Below the pieces are notes generated by a model. The model was not told where the DNA came from. It saw only the letters and a program-made list of their open reading frames with translations, and did not search any database. Positions 51,340-64,000 of a stretch of DNA of 64,000 nucleotides are shown here, piece after piece. Source of the stretch: Epiperipatus broadwayi (lineage: Eukaryota > Animalia > Onychophora); assembly GCA_028023455.1 (NCBI GenBank), contig JAQFVV010000003.1:17794001-17858000 (forward strand), given 5' to 3'. Made by a program: the position numbers and the translations under genes. Numbering within the stretch: the stretch's first letter is position 1; every line of letters starts with the position of its first letter.

Positions 51340-53240
51340 GACAAAAATTATAAAAAACAGTATTCACAATTGCTATTCCTAATCTTAGGAACAATTCCAA
51401 TGAATTAAATTAGAACTTGCAAATGTTTTCAAATATTAAGAACATGCTTCACATTTGAATAAAATCAATAGGAAGATAATTGATACACTTTTAAAAACTG
51501 TAACAAAGACAACTGGTACAAAAAAAAACATTTGGCCAGTAAAATTTCTACTGAGATATGACAATTTATGAAGAAAAGAAGGAATATGAAAATGAATAAA
51601 AATGATTATTAAGAATAATTGAACATTTTGAATTTTATAAAATGTTGCAAAAAAGAGTGGATAATGATATAAGAAAATATAGTTGTGAATTAGCAAGGAA
51701 AGTAAAACAACTTCTTGGTTTTGGTAGGAAACTTATGCAATAAGAAAAAAAGATGCAACTGTTATTAAAAAAGGAGGTAACATCATGAAATATATAGATG
51801 AGTTCTATCAAGAATTATATAGTAGTAAAGAACAAGAAAAATATATTCCCTACAGCTACTATATATTGCCCAGGATTTTAAATGAAGAAGTGAGACATGC
51901 AATCAAATCTATGAAGAAGAAAAAATCTCCAGGTAATGATGGAAATGTAATCAATATCTTAAAAAAAGGCAGGTGAAGAAATAGAAAAATTGTTGGCAAA
52001 ATTTTATACCAAATGTCTAAATGATAAAGATGTACCAAGTGACTGGAAGAATGCAGTATTAATATTAGTATTTAAAAAGGTGATAAAGAAGATATCAGAA
52101 ATTACAAACCTATCAATCTTTGATCAGTTGTATACAAAATTTTGGTTTTAGTACAGTGAATCATGTCCATGTATTGAGAGAAGTTATATAAAGAACCAAT
52201 GAATATATATTGCCATTATGCTAAGGATTTGTAGATTATGAAAAGGCATTTGATTTTATAAAAAGTTCTTCAGGTATTAAAGAAGATATAGATCCAGGAT
52301 ATTATCATATTCTAAAGAATATTTATAAAAGTGTATCAGCTAGAAAAATTAACATTGAGAAAAGGGTACAAAAATATGACTCCGTATTTCCAAAACTTTT
52401 TACTGCAGTTTTGCAAGAAGCATTTTGGGGATTAAAATGGGAAGCTAAGGAAGTAAAAGTAAATGGAGATTATTTGAGTCAACAAGATTTTGCAGATAAT
52501 GTAGTTGTTTTTGCAAATAATGTTTTAGAGCTTTAGGAAATGTTGCAAGAGTTATCAGATGAAAGTAAAAAGGTAGGATTAAAGGTAAAAAAAAAAAACA
52601 ACTAAATTAATGATCAGTGAATTTTCTCAAAATGAAAATAAAGACTGATAATGATGAATTAGAAGTTAACAACTACTAATATCTTTGTCTGATTATTACT
52701 ACTGATGGAAACATAATGGATGAAATTTAATCATAAATTAAACTTGGTTGGAGTGTTTTTGATAGTAATAACTTTATATTAAAAGAAAATATGGCTATGT
52801 GTTTGAAAAAAAAAGATTTTTAATAATTGTGTTTTACCAGTTCTTATTTATGGATCTGAGACTTCGATACTTAACATAAGAACAATAGAGCTTTAGACTA
52901 CACAATCAAGTATGGAGAGATATAAATTAGGAGTAACAAGAAGAGATTAAAAATAAAATACATGGGTTAGACAATAAACAAGTGTCACTGAGATATTGAA
53001 AGAATTAAAAGACTGAAGTGAAATTGGCTGGACATATTGTTAGAAGATATGATAATAGATGAACAATTGAAATCTTAAACTGGATTCCAAGAGATTGTAA
53101 AAGATCTAGAAGATAGATGGTTGAAGTAAAGAAGGGTTGCTAAGATGTTGTGAAAAAGAGAGGCTAGCGATCAAAGAAACTGAATTTGGATAAACTTTCA
53201 TTCTGCTGTGGATTGATCGTAGTTGAAAATGATGACATGA
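51340..53240 (+). mobile_element. RTE-clade LINE, RT and C-terminus (3' part, separated from the EN part by ~2 kb of inserts)
   Basis: AIKSMKKKKSPGNDG, FVDYEKAFD, PKLFTAVLQEAF, DFADNVVVFA, VLPVLIYGSET, LK*NWLDILLE (W.GH region), and a decayed (GAT)n-like end. Confidence 0.9.
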
Positions 53241-54699
53241 AAGTAACACTTATTTGCTTTTAAACTATATATAATCATATTTTTGTGGTCAAGCAAATGC
53301 ACGAAAAAGAGTGACGAGTTTTTCAATATGTTTTTAAAGATTCGGTTATAAGGCATTTGATTTGATTTATCACAAAAATCTGCTGAAATGTTCGAAATTA
53401 GTTTCCACTTCATCAAAGTTTAATTGTATTATATAGTTTTTAAGTGATAATAAAAGCATTATTAACGCTGGTAAAAAAATATGAAGTGTTCCAAATGAAA
53501 ATTAGTATATTGGAACAGTTTATAGGCATCGCCATGAAGAAAACATTGCAACGTAATTTAAGTTTAATGATGGAATTCAAAATCTGAATTAATTAAAATC
53601 CCAAATAAGAACTTTGTTTTCTTGGTACTAGTTAAAAGACAAGCAACAAAAGTTTCTCAATATTTTAATACAACCTATAAATATATTTGCTTATAATTAA
53701 TGTTCAAAATAAATATATATACAAAAAAAAATCTTTTAGATTGGATCGTTATCAATTTGAGAAAATGAATCAATTTAAACATATCTGGATAGAGTTTCAG
53801 ATAATAAAAAAAAAGGTTAAATTCCCATGAAAATGATATTAATAAGATTACCCTCTCCCCCAATAAAACTGCTATAACTACTTTACATACAAAATACATC
53901 TTACAACAATGATTTTCTCACTTTTTTATAAGGGGGGGGGGGTACATATTACGTATTAGTGCATCTTGTTAAGAAATTCTTCTCTTCTGCAGTCAAAGTA
54001 TCTTGTTTAAACTTTTTAAAAGACTCCATTGCAGAAAGAATTTCTGTGTTCATGGATCGGAACCTTCTCAATGCCAAGGATTAATGCAAGTACATGCTTA
54101 AAAAAGCATTTTTTTAATTACTATGCAATGACCTTCATGTATGTATTTTCCTTGATACTTACATGTTTATACAATGTGCATTATCTTTGGCTCTGACTTT
54201 TATATATAGTTTAACTCAAAAAAAGTGGAATCAGTTATTCAAAAATCAAATTCACATACAATATTCAATTTGATATAACAAAATTGACGAGTGAGGTTAT
54301 AGAACATTTATTTTAACTTAGTTAAATATTTCAATATATCTGTTTACATAAGCTTAACTTGCATTAAATTTGGAATTAGGAAAAAATTTCTTAATAAGTA
54401 ATATGAAAACATTTTTTTAATGTGGTGCACAAATCAACATAGTCTATTTCTCTACTGTAATATTTATTTTTATTTGTTAGAAAATATTTTTAAATCTGTA
54501 CGATGGCTAATGATAAACATCTATCTGAAGAGAAAATCAGATTACGTAAAATTCAAATTATGCAAAATGCCTTAGAAGTAATTACTTATCTCAATAGTGA
54601 ATTGATATTCATACTTTATCTATCCCTCAACAATATATACAATTGTAAAATTCTCTTTATAAATAAAAAATATATTTCCAAGCTGATCAAATAAGACAA

Positions 54700-57000
54700 T
54701 GTATGTTAATATTAATAGTAATTGAATGGTTTATTGCCCAAAAGTTCATAAGCAGTTTGAGACACCAAAAGTTCAGCAATAAATCATGGACTTTAAGCTC
54801 CAGAGTTTGCCACTTACCCATTGACCAAAACCAAGCAGAGTAATAGTTAGTATTAATAACAGATGAATTAATAATGGATATATTGCAATGGTCACTCAAT
54901 CTGCCTTTGTTCATGGAGGGTGCCATCAGATCACTGCGTATCTGGAAAACTTGTTTATTGTGATCAAAAGTGGATGGTGATGGTGGTTTGCACCGACTAG
55001 ACTCAGGGAGATAGCAAAAGATCTTAAATATTGTTCAGACAATTGAAAAAATAAAAGCATTAAGACAAACATCAGCAAAATAATTTAAACTAATTGGAAA
55101 TTTTATTATAAATAATATAATTTTTTAAAGTAGAACACGCAATAAATGCGGTTATATCAGGAGTGTATTAGCAAAAATAAAATGTCAACGCTCTGGCATA
55201 CAAATTAATTTTCTAATAGTGAATTAGAAAAGAAAGTAATGATTTTCCTTCAGCTGACAATTCACCCAAACAACTCTGGTTTCCTTATTCAAAGGTTCCA
55301 AAATGAAAAGCAAAGAAAAGTTTCTTGCATGAATCAATGAAACCAGTGTGGGCGAGCGAACACTAGTTTAGACTAATGATGTCATAATGTCTGCAGAACT
55401 TGCTGCATGACTAATCATTTTTAAGATCTCCAAGGTTTATTATAATGCAAGAACACATAAATGGTAAATGCTCACGATGGAGTATGAATTATAAAATGAG
55501 AGAAAACTTAAATCTCAAATTTACCGAAATAGTAAAATTAGAAAATACTCTGGTGTAAATGATTTAAAATTAATAAACATTAAATATCTGATTTAAGAAA
55601 AACAGACATATAATATGGGTGAATCACCAACCAAACAACTGGCCAAAACTAAGCTGAGTATAATAATTAAAAGTCTCAATAGGAGACAGGTAAGTAATTA
55701 GAAAACTAGTTATGTCTGCCCAAGCATTTATCAAGAAAGTGAAATAATTAGAATTACAAGTAAATTTACAAACTAAATTCCCAGTACAAGCTCTGACAAA
55801 TAAATTTAAAGCAAAAAAATAAAAGATCAAATAAATCTAGTAAACAAAATACTAAAGTTTGACCTAGATTTTTATACGCTAATTCACCAGAGAGTGTATA
55901 TAAGTTGCAAATATTAAAACATTAAATGCCTTGGCAGAAAGGTTTGTTCTCCCACCTACAATTTAAAATGGGATTAATAGTATCTTTCTGCTGGTGATTT
56001 ATAAAAGAACAACAATTCTAGTTTTCTAATTCAGAGATATATAAAAAAAAATATGGTCTTGTAGGAAATCAATGAAACAGCACCGGTGAGCATTTCTTGG
56101 CCCGGAATAAGGTGTCGAGACAAGAACATCATTTTTTCAGCAGGACAGCTCATGATTACAATGTTTAATGCAATTCATGGTTGATTTCACATACAAGACA
56201 AGAAAACTTGCAAAATGATTACGATCTTACATAATCTGGAAATGACAAAATCTCCAACTTCAGAAAAACTAGAATAACAAACATGATAAACCGCCAGCCA
56301 AAAGATTTGTGGTTTGCAAGAAACACAAACTAAATGTATTTAAAATTAAGTATTGAACACTAAAATAGGGACAGGTGAGCAAACTAAAATTTACAAAAGA
56401 CTGCCAGAACATTTAACAATAGTTAGTAAAATAAAAGGAGACATATTAAGCATATAAAATATAATCTCACAATATACTCCCCAATAAATAAAATTGCAAA
56501 CAAACTTGGAATCTTAAAACTAAGATTCCAAGACATACTATAAATAAATAAAAAAGCAAACACATATAATTATAAGATTAAATAACTAGTAAAACTTTAT
56601 ACAACAGATTTTTTTTTTTTAGATTGAACAGAGATTTAACTAAAGTTTTTATATACCCCAGAAAGAATAAAAAATATTTTTACCTTATGGTAAAGCAGAG
56701 TCCATGTTTTTCAAAGAGTGCACACATTTATTTTTGGAGTTCAAATTTTGGAATCAGAGGTCCATCCTTAGTTAAGTTAGCAAGGCATATTATAGGTCAG
56801 TATACATATAGCAGTGAATTTTGACGTCTTATGAAAGCAAACTTTAAGAAATAAAATCTTTTATTAACAGCAAATTTTGAAAGGAAATTAAATGTCCGAA
56901 CTGCCAACACAGTACAAATCACAGCAGGCTAATATAAAGTGAATAGCTGAGTCAATCACTTTGAATAGCTTGTTCCAGTCAAGAATAATCTAAAATATCT
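54700..57000 (-). pseudogene. Hydrophobic coding-like fragments, possibly an NRF-6/acyltransferase-3-like degenerate gene
   Basis: In minus-strand order: TKDGPLIP (~56770), CKPQIFWLAVY (~56300), TYLSP...FGQLFGW (~55650), TAYELLG (~54760). Several good splice signals are present (e.g. 54818-54941), but the frames are inconsistent. Confidence 0.3.
55342..55367 (+). mobile_element. Helitron-like 3' terminus
   Basis: A GC-rich hairpin AGTGT-GGGCGAGCGA-ACACT overlapping a terminal CTAG followed by T. Confidence 0.35.
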
Positions 57001-59203
57001 GAAATTTTTGGGGTTATTTATACCCTCTCTCAATCTCCTGTATAAACTTTCTTGTTTTCCAATTATAAGCCTTAGCTCAGGGCAAATATTTATCTCCTGC
57101 TCAACCTTACTTAAGAATTCTAATCAGGGATTATCTTATAGAAAGACAACAACACAAAATTAAATCACCACTTTTAAAATCAAACTAAAATGATCATAAT
57201 TAAAATGAAAGAAACAGGAATGCAATTAAAAAGTTTGCTTGCTTTTAATTAATTTGATAAAAAAAAACAAGCAATAAAAGAAAACTATTTTAGAAATCAA
57301 ATTTATAAAAAAAATAAAATGACATATTTTAAACATAAATGAGTATTGGAACAGTCGACTTTAGTTCAAGATCGAGTTTCACTGTTCTACTACTTAACCT
57401 ATGTTTGATCCTGCTTTTTTTTTGTCATATGTATATAAACTATACGTATATTTCTGAGAAGCATCTATGAGATTTATAAATATAAATCTTAAATAAAAAA
57501 TTTCTTTAATTATTTTAAATATCTCTAGATGTGACTCAGATATATGCATATATCAATGGAGCTTTTATATATATAAAAGCACAAATAAATCTTGTAAATA
57601 ATTTTGTATTTTTGTCCTTTGATTATATCTTATTTATTTTGTAATTATTTTTTGTTATAAAACTACATAAAAATTCAAAATGGAAGCTGCAATAGCCAAT
57701 TGTCCAAGAATAATTAAAGAGGTAGGAACATTACTTTGTTTTATGATTAAAAAAGAAATGTTTAAATTAAAGTAAAATTTAAAACAAAGCTAATTGATTT
57801 AGTTAGGTTGTTAACATTTTTCTCAAATTTATTTCCAATCTGGAAATTGATTTGAATTTATTTTTGGACAGTTATCTTGTGATTGCATCTCCAATAACAA
57901 TACAGAAAATATTTCTGTAAATTAAAGATTAATTAAGAGTTAAGAAGTTTAATTAAATACATTCTTTGAATAACTCAAAGTTTGTATAAATAGGGCTAAA
58001 AAATCTATTGTGTCAGAGTTCGATCAATAGTTGCTAACTGACTTCACATCTGCTTAATTTTGAGGGGCCTAAGCCACCTTCCCCTCCATCTTCAGCCTAA
58101 CTCTTCACCATGCAGAGATGTAGCTCCTATTGCTCAAGTGTGCCCGTGCTGTGCTGCCTGCCACAGAAGACTCATGCCTACTTCATCCCATAGTCATGAG
58201 GTAACAAGTCTAAAGCCATTACAATTGTCTTACATGAATCCTAACTATTTAAAATTAATGTTTTCTTTATGTTAAACCTCTTTTTAACTCACTAATCGGC
58301 AAGCATGTTAAACTAATAATTATTTCTTTAGCATCGATTCTCTATAACCTAAACTAATCTTATTATAAAATATTTCATCCAACTCACGCTTATTTTTCTT
58401 ATAATTTAGTGTGGTTATAATTTAATTTTAATAATATTTTTGTATTTTCACTTGATTTATATTTGTAAATGTCAATCAAACTTAGTCTTATAAACTTCTA
58501 TATCCCACTGTGGAATAGAAGGGGGGGAGATTAATGAGTTCTTATTAAGTATATCGAAATAGCTCCTAAGATTGGGTTTGTATTTTAAATGAATACATGC
58601 TTTTAAATAGAAAATGCATCGTAAGTTTATACAAAATATATAAATACTTTTCAATCTGGGTGGATATTGGTGTCCATTAAATTTATTAATTTCTCTATTG
58701 ATCATCATCGCCAAAAAGGCTGGCGACTTATATCTATTTTATTATTCGCACTTTTAAGTGCATGAATTTTAGTTTTTTTTATATGTTAAACAAAATAGTA
58801 TTGATTCAAGGAGGGGAAGCAATGCATGCTTCATTAATTATAGTTTTAACTTTTGATAAATGATTATTTTACATCGGGTCATTATCTTTAACATATCATT
58901 ACATATTTGTTAACTATTTAAGGCTTTATTTTAGTATTTAAAACCAATGATTTCAAATTTTATAATAGCATTGCAAGCATATGTCAAATTATTAATAAGT
59001 CACATAGGGCTTGATCTGATTTGCCTGTACTTCATTCCAGGGATTCAAGATCATCTTAGTTTGTCATTCTTCTCCTCAAAGTATATATTTATATACTGCT
59101 TTGATTCACCAGTACTTTGCCCCAGGGATTCTAAGCCTTTTGTCTCTTTTTAGTGTTCTCATTCATAAAAGGTTAGTGTAGCTGAAGCTCTGCATGGACT
59201 TAC

Positions 59204-59385
59204 CATAAATCGGATCCATAGCAACTTCTTACCATCTTTTTCACTTTCGGTACCACTCTAGCATGAAGCTGGCATGTAACACCTTTAAAAAAATTGGAGA
59301 ATGACCTTGTCTTGGCCAAATGTGCCATTTTCTCTCTCGCTGACATAATGCTAGCACCGCAATTTCTTATAGTTAGGTCTCTAGC
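59204..59385 (-). CDS. Candidate internal exon of an unidentified gene
   Basis: 182 bp with TTTTGCTAAACAG acceptor and TG|GTAAGT donor. Only one frame is open (ARDLTIRNCG...MVRSCYGSDL), and composition is coding-like. Confidence 0.5.
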
Positions 59386-60448
59386 CTGTTTAGCAAAATA
59401 AATCATAATGATATGTGATAATAAAACATTTTTCTCTTTAAATATTTTTTCGTTGGAGGTTTAGATCCAACTTCTCATGAATATGCCCTCCCCCTTTATT
59501 GAAATAAGCAATTCCCATATTTATAGAGTTTCGCAATATTCGATTGCTAAATGTCGAAAATGTGTAATAAATAAATGTTTCAGTATACTTAAGGATCAGA
59601 ATGTATCCTTATTTAAATGTTGTAAATAAATTCTATAAATTAAAATAAAGCTATGTATCAAATGCCAGGGGCATCCCATTAAAGTCGTACAAACAGCAAA
59701 ACTGTATTGTCATATCATATGTTTCTTTTTTAAATGTATAAAAGTCCACTAACCACCCAGATAAATCTGTTTTGTAACATTGAATAAAATCCTATTTTTA
59801 AATATATGTTCAGTATTGTATTCACTGCACTAAATTGATATTTATTAAAATAAAATAATTGTATAAAGTTTGTCAAAGATTTGTAACCAAAATAATCATT
59901 TAAACTGCGTGAAGTTGATTATACATATATAAAATCTTGAATTTTTGTCAAAATAAATATTTATAATTTTAAAACTTAATCCAGTTGTTCGAATATCCTT
60001 AATAACATTTACATTTATGTATGTTTTTAAATTATATCTTGGGTTCACTCAACCTCATCATCATCTTCACTAGTTTGAGTTCTCATGCAAAACGATATAG
60101 CACCAGGCCTGGAAATAATTAATTTATGTAGTATCACCATAAGTGTTCTCTGAAGTGTTATAGATTTGGAGAATGGGCAAACAGGTTAGAACCTGTGTAT
60201 CTCGGGCATGATTGGATTTAGGGTACTTTTGCTCAGATTCTAAATCTTTTTGGATGGACATACATTTTCGACCAGTACAGTATGTGTGTACTTTTATAAA
60301 CAACTTTTAAATAGTTTTAAACTTTAGAATTTAATGGCAATAAAAGTTGGTTTTATTTGTGGAAATGGAACCATTAAATCAGATAAACTATCCGGTTCAA
60401 TATATATATAAACATTAAAAGCCCAAAGCTAAATTCGTCAATAAATAA

Positions 60449-62014
60449 TCACAACTCAACCAGACTAGTCAAGAAAATAAACTCTAAAACACTACTAATG
60501 GTTTCATTGCTATAAGTAGACTTCTCAAGTGTAAAAAACTACAAAATAACTTATTTAAAATAAACATTATCTACAATTCCACTTATCTCCTATACACCAT
60601 TAATATTAAAAGACCTTTTAAATAAGTTAATTGTTTCAGGATCATAAATTTTTAATAATAAAGATTCATTTCTCTCAAAGAAGACAACCTTAGCTTCATC
60701 AAAATTAATAGTGTGGCCTGTATCTTTTTCATGGATATATAGAAAAGAACTAAGATATTTATTTCTAACTCTCCTTCTATATATCTTTATTCTTTTATTT
60801 AAGCTCAAACTACTCTGATCTATATATGCCTTCTTAGAAAAACAAGGAATAATATACACTACTCCATGAAGTCTTTCTATCAAAAATTTCCTTTGTGTTA
60901 TTTATATAAATGCAGATTTAAACCTGTAAAATGTATTAATTTGTGTTATTTAATAAATTATTCAAAGTAATACCCCTTTTCCAAGCAATTTTCTTATTTC
61001 CAAACAAATTATTATTTTTACATACAATTTTATAAGAAGACAATTTAAATGGCAAAGAAATAAAATCATATTTTTCTTTATCCTTTACATCATTACAAAT
61101 ATTATTACTATTAAATAAAATAATTTTAACAAATTTATCAGAGTAGCCAACCCTCAAATAATCTTTATAAAATTGACCCTTTTGAAACAAAACTATCCCA
61201 CTAGAATTATTTAATCTTTTATTTCTATAACAATAATTTCTTAAATCTCATAAAGTAGCTGCTTTAAAAAATTATTGTGATGGAAATAAGAAATTAAATA
61301 ATTCCAATGGAGTAGTTTTGTTTCAAAAAGGTCAATTTTTAATTTTATAAAGATTACTTGAGTGTTGGCTATTTTGATAAATTTGTTAAAAGTACTTTAT
61401 TTAATAGTAATAATATTTGTAATGATCTAAAGGATAAAAAAAATATGATTTTATTTCTTTGCAATTTAAATTGTCTTCTTATAAAATTGTATGTAAAAAT
61501 AGTAATTTGTTTGGAAATAAAAAAATTGCTTGGAAAAGGAGTATTACTTTGAATAATTTATTAAATAATACAAAGAAAATTTGTGATAGAAAGACTATTC
61601 CTGGACTAGTGTATATTATCCCTTGTTTTTGTAAGAATGTTATATATAAGTCATAGTAGTTTGATCTTAAATGAGAGAATAAAGGTACATAAAAGTAGGG
61701 TTAGAAATAAATATCTTAATTCTTCCTTATATATCCATGGAAAAAAAACAGGCCACACTATTAATTTTGATACGGTTAAGATTGTCTTCTTTGAGAGAAA
61801 TGAAATAAAAAGAAGAATTAAACAATTTTTATTATTAAAAATTTATGATTCCGAAGAAATTAACTTATTTAAAAGTTCTTTTAATATTAAGGGTGTATGG
61901 GAAGTGGAATTGTGGATAAGGTTTCATTTAAATATGTATTTTATAGTTCTTTGCAGTGAAACCATTGGTAGTGTTTTAGAGTTTATTTTCATGGCTACTC
62001 TGGTTGAGTTGTGA
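60449..62014. mobile_element. Head-to-head pair of 5'-truncated Penelope-like elements (GIY-YIG endonuclease) forming a ~1.57-kb palindrome
   Basis: Plus copy: GLVYIIPCFCK...ISHSSLILNERIKVHKS...SSLYIHGKKTGHTINFDTVKIV. Minus copy: GVVYIIPCFSKKAYIDQSSLSLNKRIK. Arms ~60449-61245 and ~61263-62014, loop ~17 nt. Confidence 0.9.
60489..60532 (-). ncRNA. Decayed HHR at the 3' end of the minus-strand Penelope copy
   Basis: Minus strand: ACAC-TTGAGAA-GTCTACTTATAGCAAT-GAAA-CCATTAG-TA-GTGT. The plus copy retains GAAA-CCATTGG-TA-GTGT. Confidence 0.45.
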
Positions 62015-64000
62015 ATTTGGGGTAATTTTGATTATATATACTATACGTATATGATGAAGATATAAATACAAAAATAGGGTAACTAATCATTTTAGTAATT
62101 CAAATTTCTCCAGAAAAAAATCAACTATAACTTTAGGAAATACAGAAATTACAATCTATTATCTATACTTCTAACTTTGAGTGTATCTATTGATAAAGTA
62201 TACAATAATTAATATAATTATGTAATTAAAATAACATATCCTCTACAAATTACAATTGATATGTCAAGTTATTTTTTTCCCCAAAGACAATTTTATTCAT
62301 AGGAAAAAATATAGCTTTCTCTTGATTCTTGAGGAAATTGCTATTTCTAGAAATATTTATGTATATAGTATATTTACACAAACACATATTGGCTCTACTT
62401 GTGTTTATTTTATTCAGATTGCTGATTCTCCCTACTCTCATAAACATATATATACCCTTAAATTTAATAAGCTAATCCTGATCTTTATTAATCACACTTT
62501 TTTTAACCTTATGAATGCAGAAAAAACTAAACTCTAATTTTAATCTGTTTCAATATATATAGGTTTTTTTAAGCGAAATATATATTGCTTTCAGATATAT
62601 GTAAAATAATAAATAAGTTTTATGACAATATTTCAGAAAAATAACATTCGTCTTATCAGTCTTTCATTAATTCAGATAAAAAACTAAATCTATATTAATG
62701 CAAGCACTGACATTGTTGTTACCCATGAATGCATGCCATGGAATCTATTACTCACACAAACTCCTTACTCTTGACAATAAATATATTTATTGCGCAGATG
62801 ATAACCTCACTTCCTGGAGTGTTCAGCATAATGATAAATAAACAGAGTCAAAAATTCAATTTTTTGGTTTAAATCTCAACTTGACATTTCTGATCCTTAA
62901 ATATCAGATAACATTACAATAAACTAATCCATTCAATTATTTTCTCTTGTGTAATTAATTGCAGTAGTAAAGTTTCCTCTGCTAGAAAGTCACATGATTT
63001 TTCAAGCCACTAATCATTCAATAATGGTATGTTGTATATACTTCACTCTTGGATTACTCTTTCTTCTATTTTGATAATGGTTAGATTTAAAGATAATTAT
63101 TAGAGACTACTTCCTTCATAAATTGCCTCAAATCTGATAATATATTATTCTAATCAAAAAAGCAAGTGACATTACTTTTATAAGCTTGTATTTACAAAAA
63201 TTGCTTTTTTTTGCATATTAATTCTACCACTCAATTCAATTAAACACAATCATAAAAAAAAACATTTACGACAACACTTGTAATATATATATATATTGTA
63301 ATCTAAACCAATAATCACTCCACCCATCCCAAATTACAGATAGTAATTAAAAGTTTGTATAATCAAAACTGATTTAATTACTCTTCCAAATTAGTAATCA
63401 AAAACCCGTCTCATCTCTTCTTTTAAATAAACTTAACTACATTTCCTTATTTGGCCATTTCAATTGTGATATATGTAGAGCATTCTTAATCCAAAATCCC
63501 TGTTTCAAATAACTTTTCAGATTTGTGAATTTTTCAAAACACGTTTTATCTCTTCACTAGAAATCTTTCTGCTTTCAAAGTATTCAAATTAATTAAGAAT
63601 TTAACTAAATATAAATTTTCTTATCTATAATATATAATATTTAGAAAGGAAAAAAGGCCAAGCATCATATATAAACATCATGCAAAATCTACAGAATTCT
63701 TATCTAACTGTTAATCAGACAAAAGTGAGCCATTCCACTTTTGACTACAGCCCAAAAACTTATATGGAAGGCAACTTTTGACAGTAACTATGAGAATAAA
63801 GTTTGATTTGTTGTCTAAATTTGCCTCCCATGTAAGTTCTTGCAAGACTTCCACATTATTTATATACAAAACTTGGATATTTTTTGCTCCAAATACATTA
63901 AATATATCATACTATAATTTCTTACATATACAGTATATACTTTTTGTATGCTGCATATATTATTTTTTAATGAATACAATTATTTAAAATATATGCTTGT

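Noticed and set aside
54503-54694. ORF MANDKHLSEEK... as a first coding exon
   Set aside because: It has a plausible donor after NALE, but no homology and no consistent downstream exon, so it is unsupported.
63719-63831. AG...GTAAGT-bounded segment as a coding exon
   Set aside because: All three frames contain stop codons.

Overview
Very AT-rich, CpG-depleted eukaryotic DNA, most likely from an invertebrate animal (inferred, not established). It is dominated by decayed transposons: several non-LTR/LINE reverse-transcriptase relics including a split RTE, a Gypsy integrase relic, a complete hAT (Buster/Charlie-type) element with an 8-bp TSD, a pogo/Tigger-like element, a head-to-head Penelope pair, tRNA-derived SINEs and many fold-back MITEs. 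Most ORFs in the supplied track are TE relics or spurious. The only host coding sequence I recognise with confidence is one spliced exon of a nicolin-1 (NICN1) homologue at 37713-37788 (-). There is also one unidentified exon with good splice sites (59204-59385, -) and weak NRF-6/acyltransferase-3-like pseudogene fragments. The main discovery is a high density of minimal type I hammerhead ribozyme (HHR) motifs in several distinct non-autonomous repeat families: (1) a young 469-bp tandem array with a 295-bp inverted arm at 27.5-29.1 kb carrying four HHRs; (2) a related monomer with a 15-bp TSD and an intact HHR at 15.5-15.9 kb; (3) a ~340-bp tandem-plus-inverted element with a 15-bp TSD inside a LINE at 35.6-36.4 kb; (4) a tRNA-headed SINE with an internal HHR at 41.5 kb; (5) a solo HHR at 10.6 kb. 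An autonomous-type Penelope relic ending in a decayed HHR lies at 60.4-62.0 kb. Together these look like Penelope-mobilised, retrozyme-like elements. No CRISPR array, rRNA or intact tRNA gene was found. All coordinates were read by hand.
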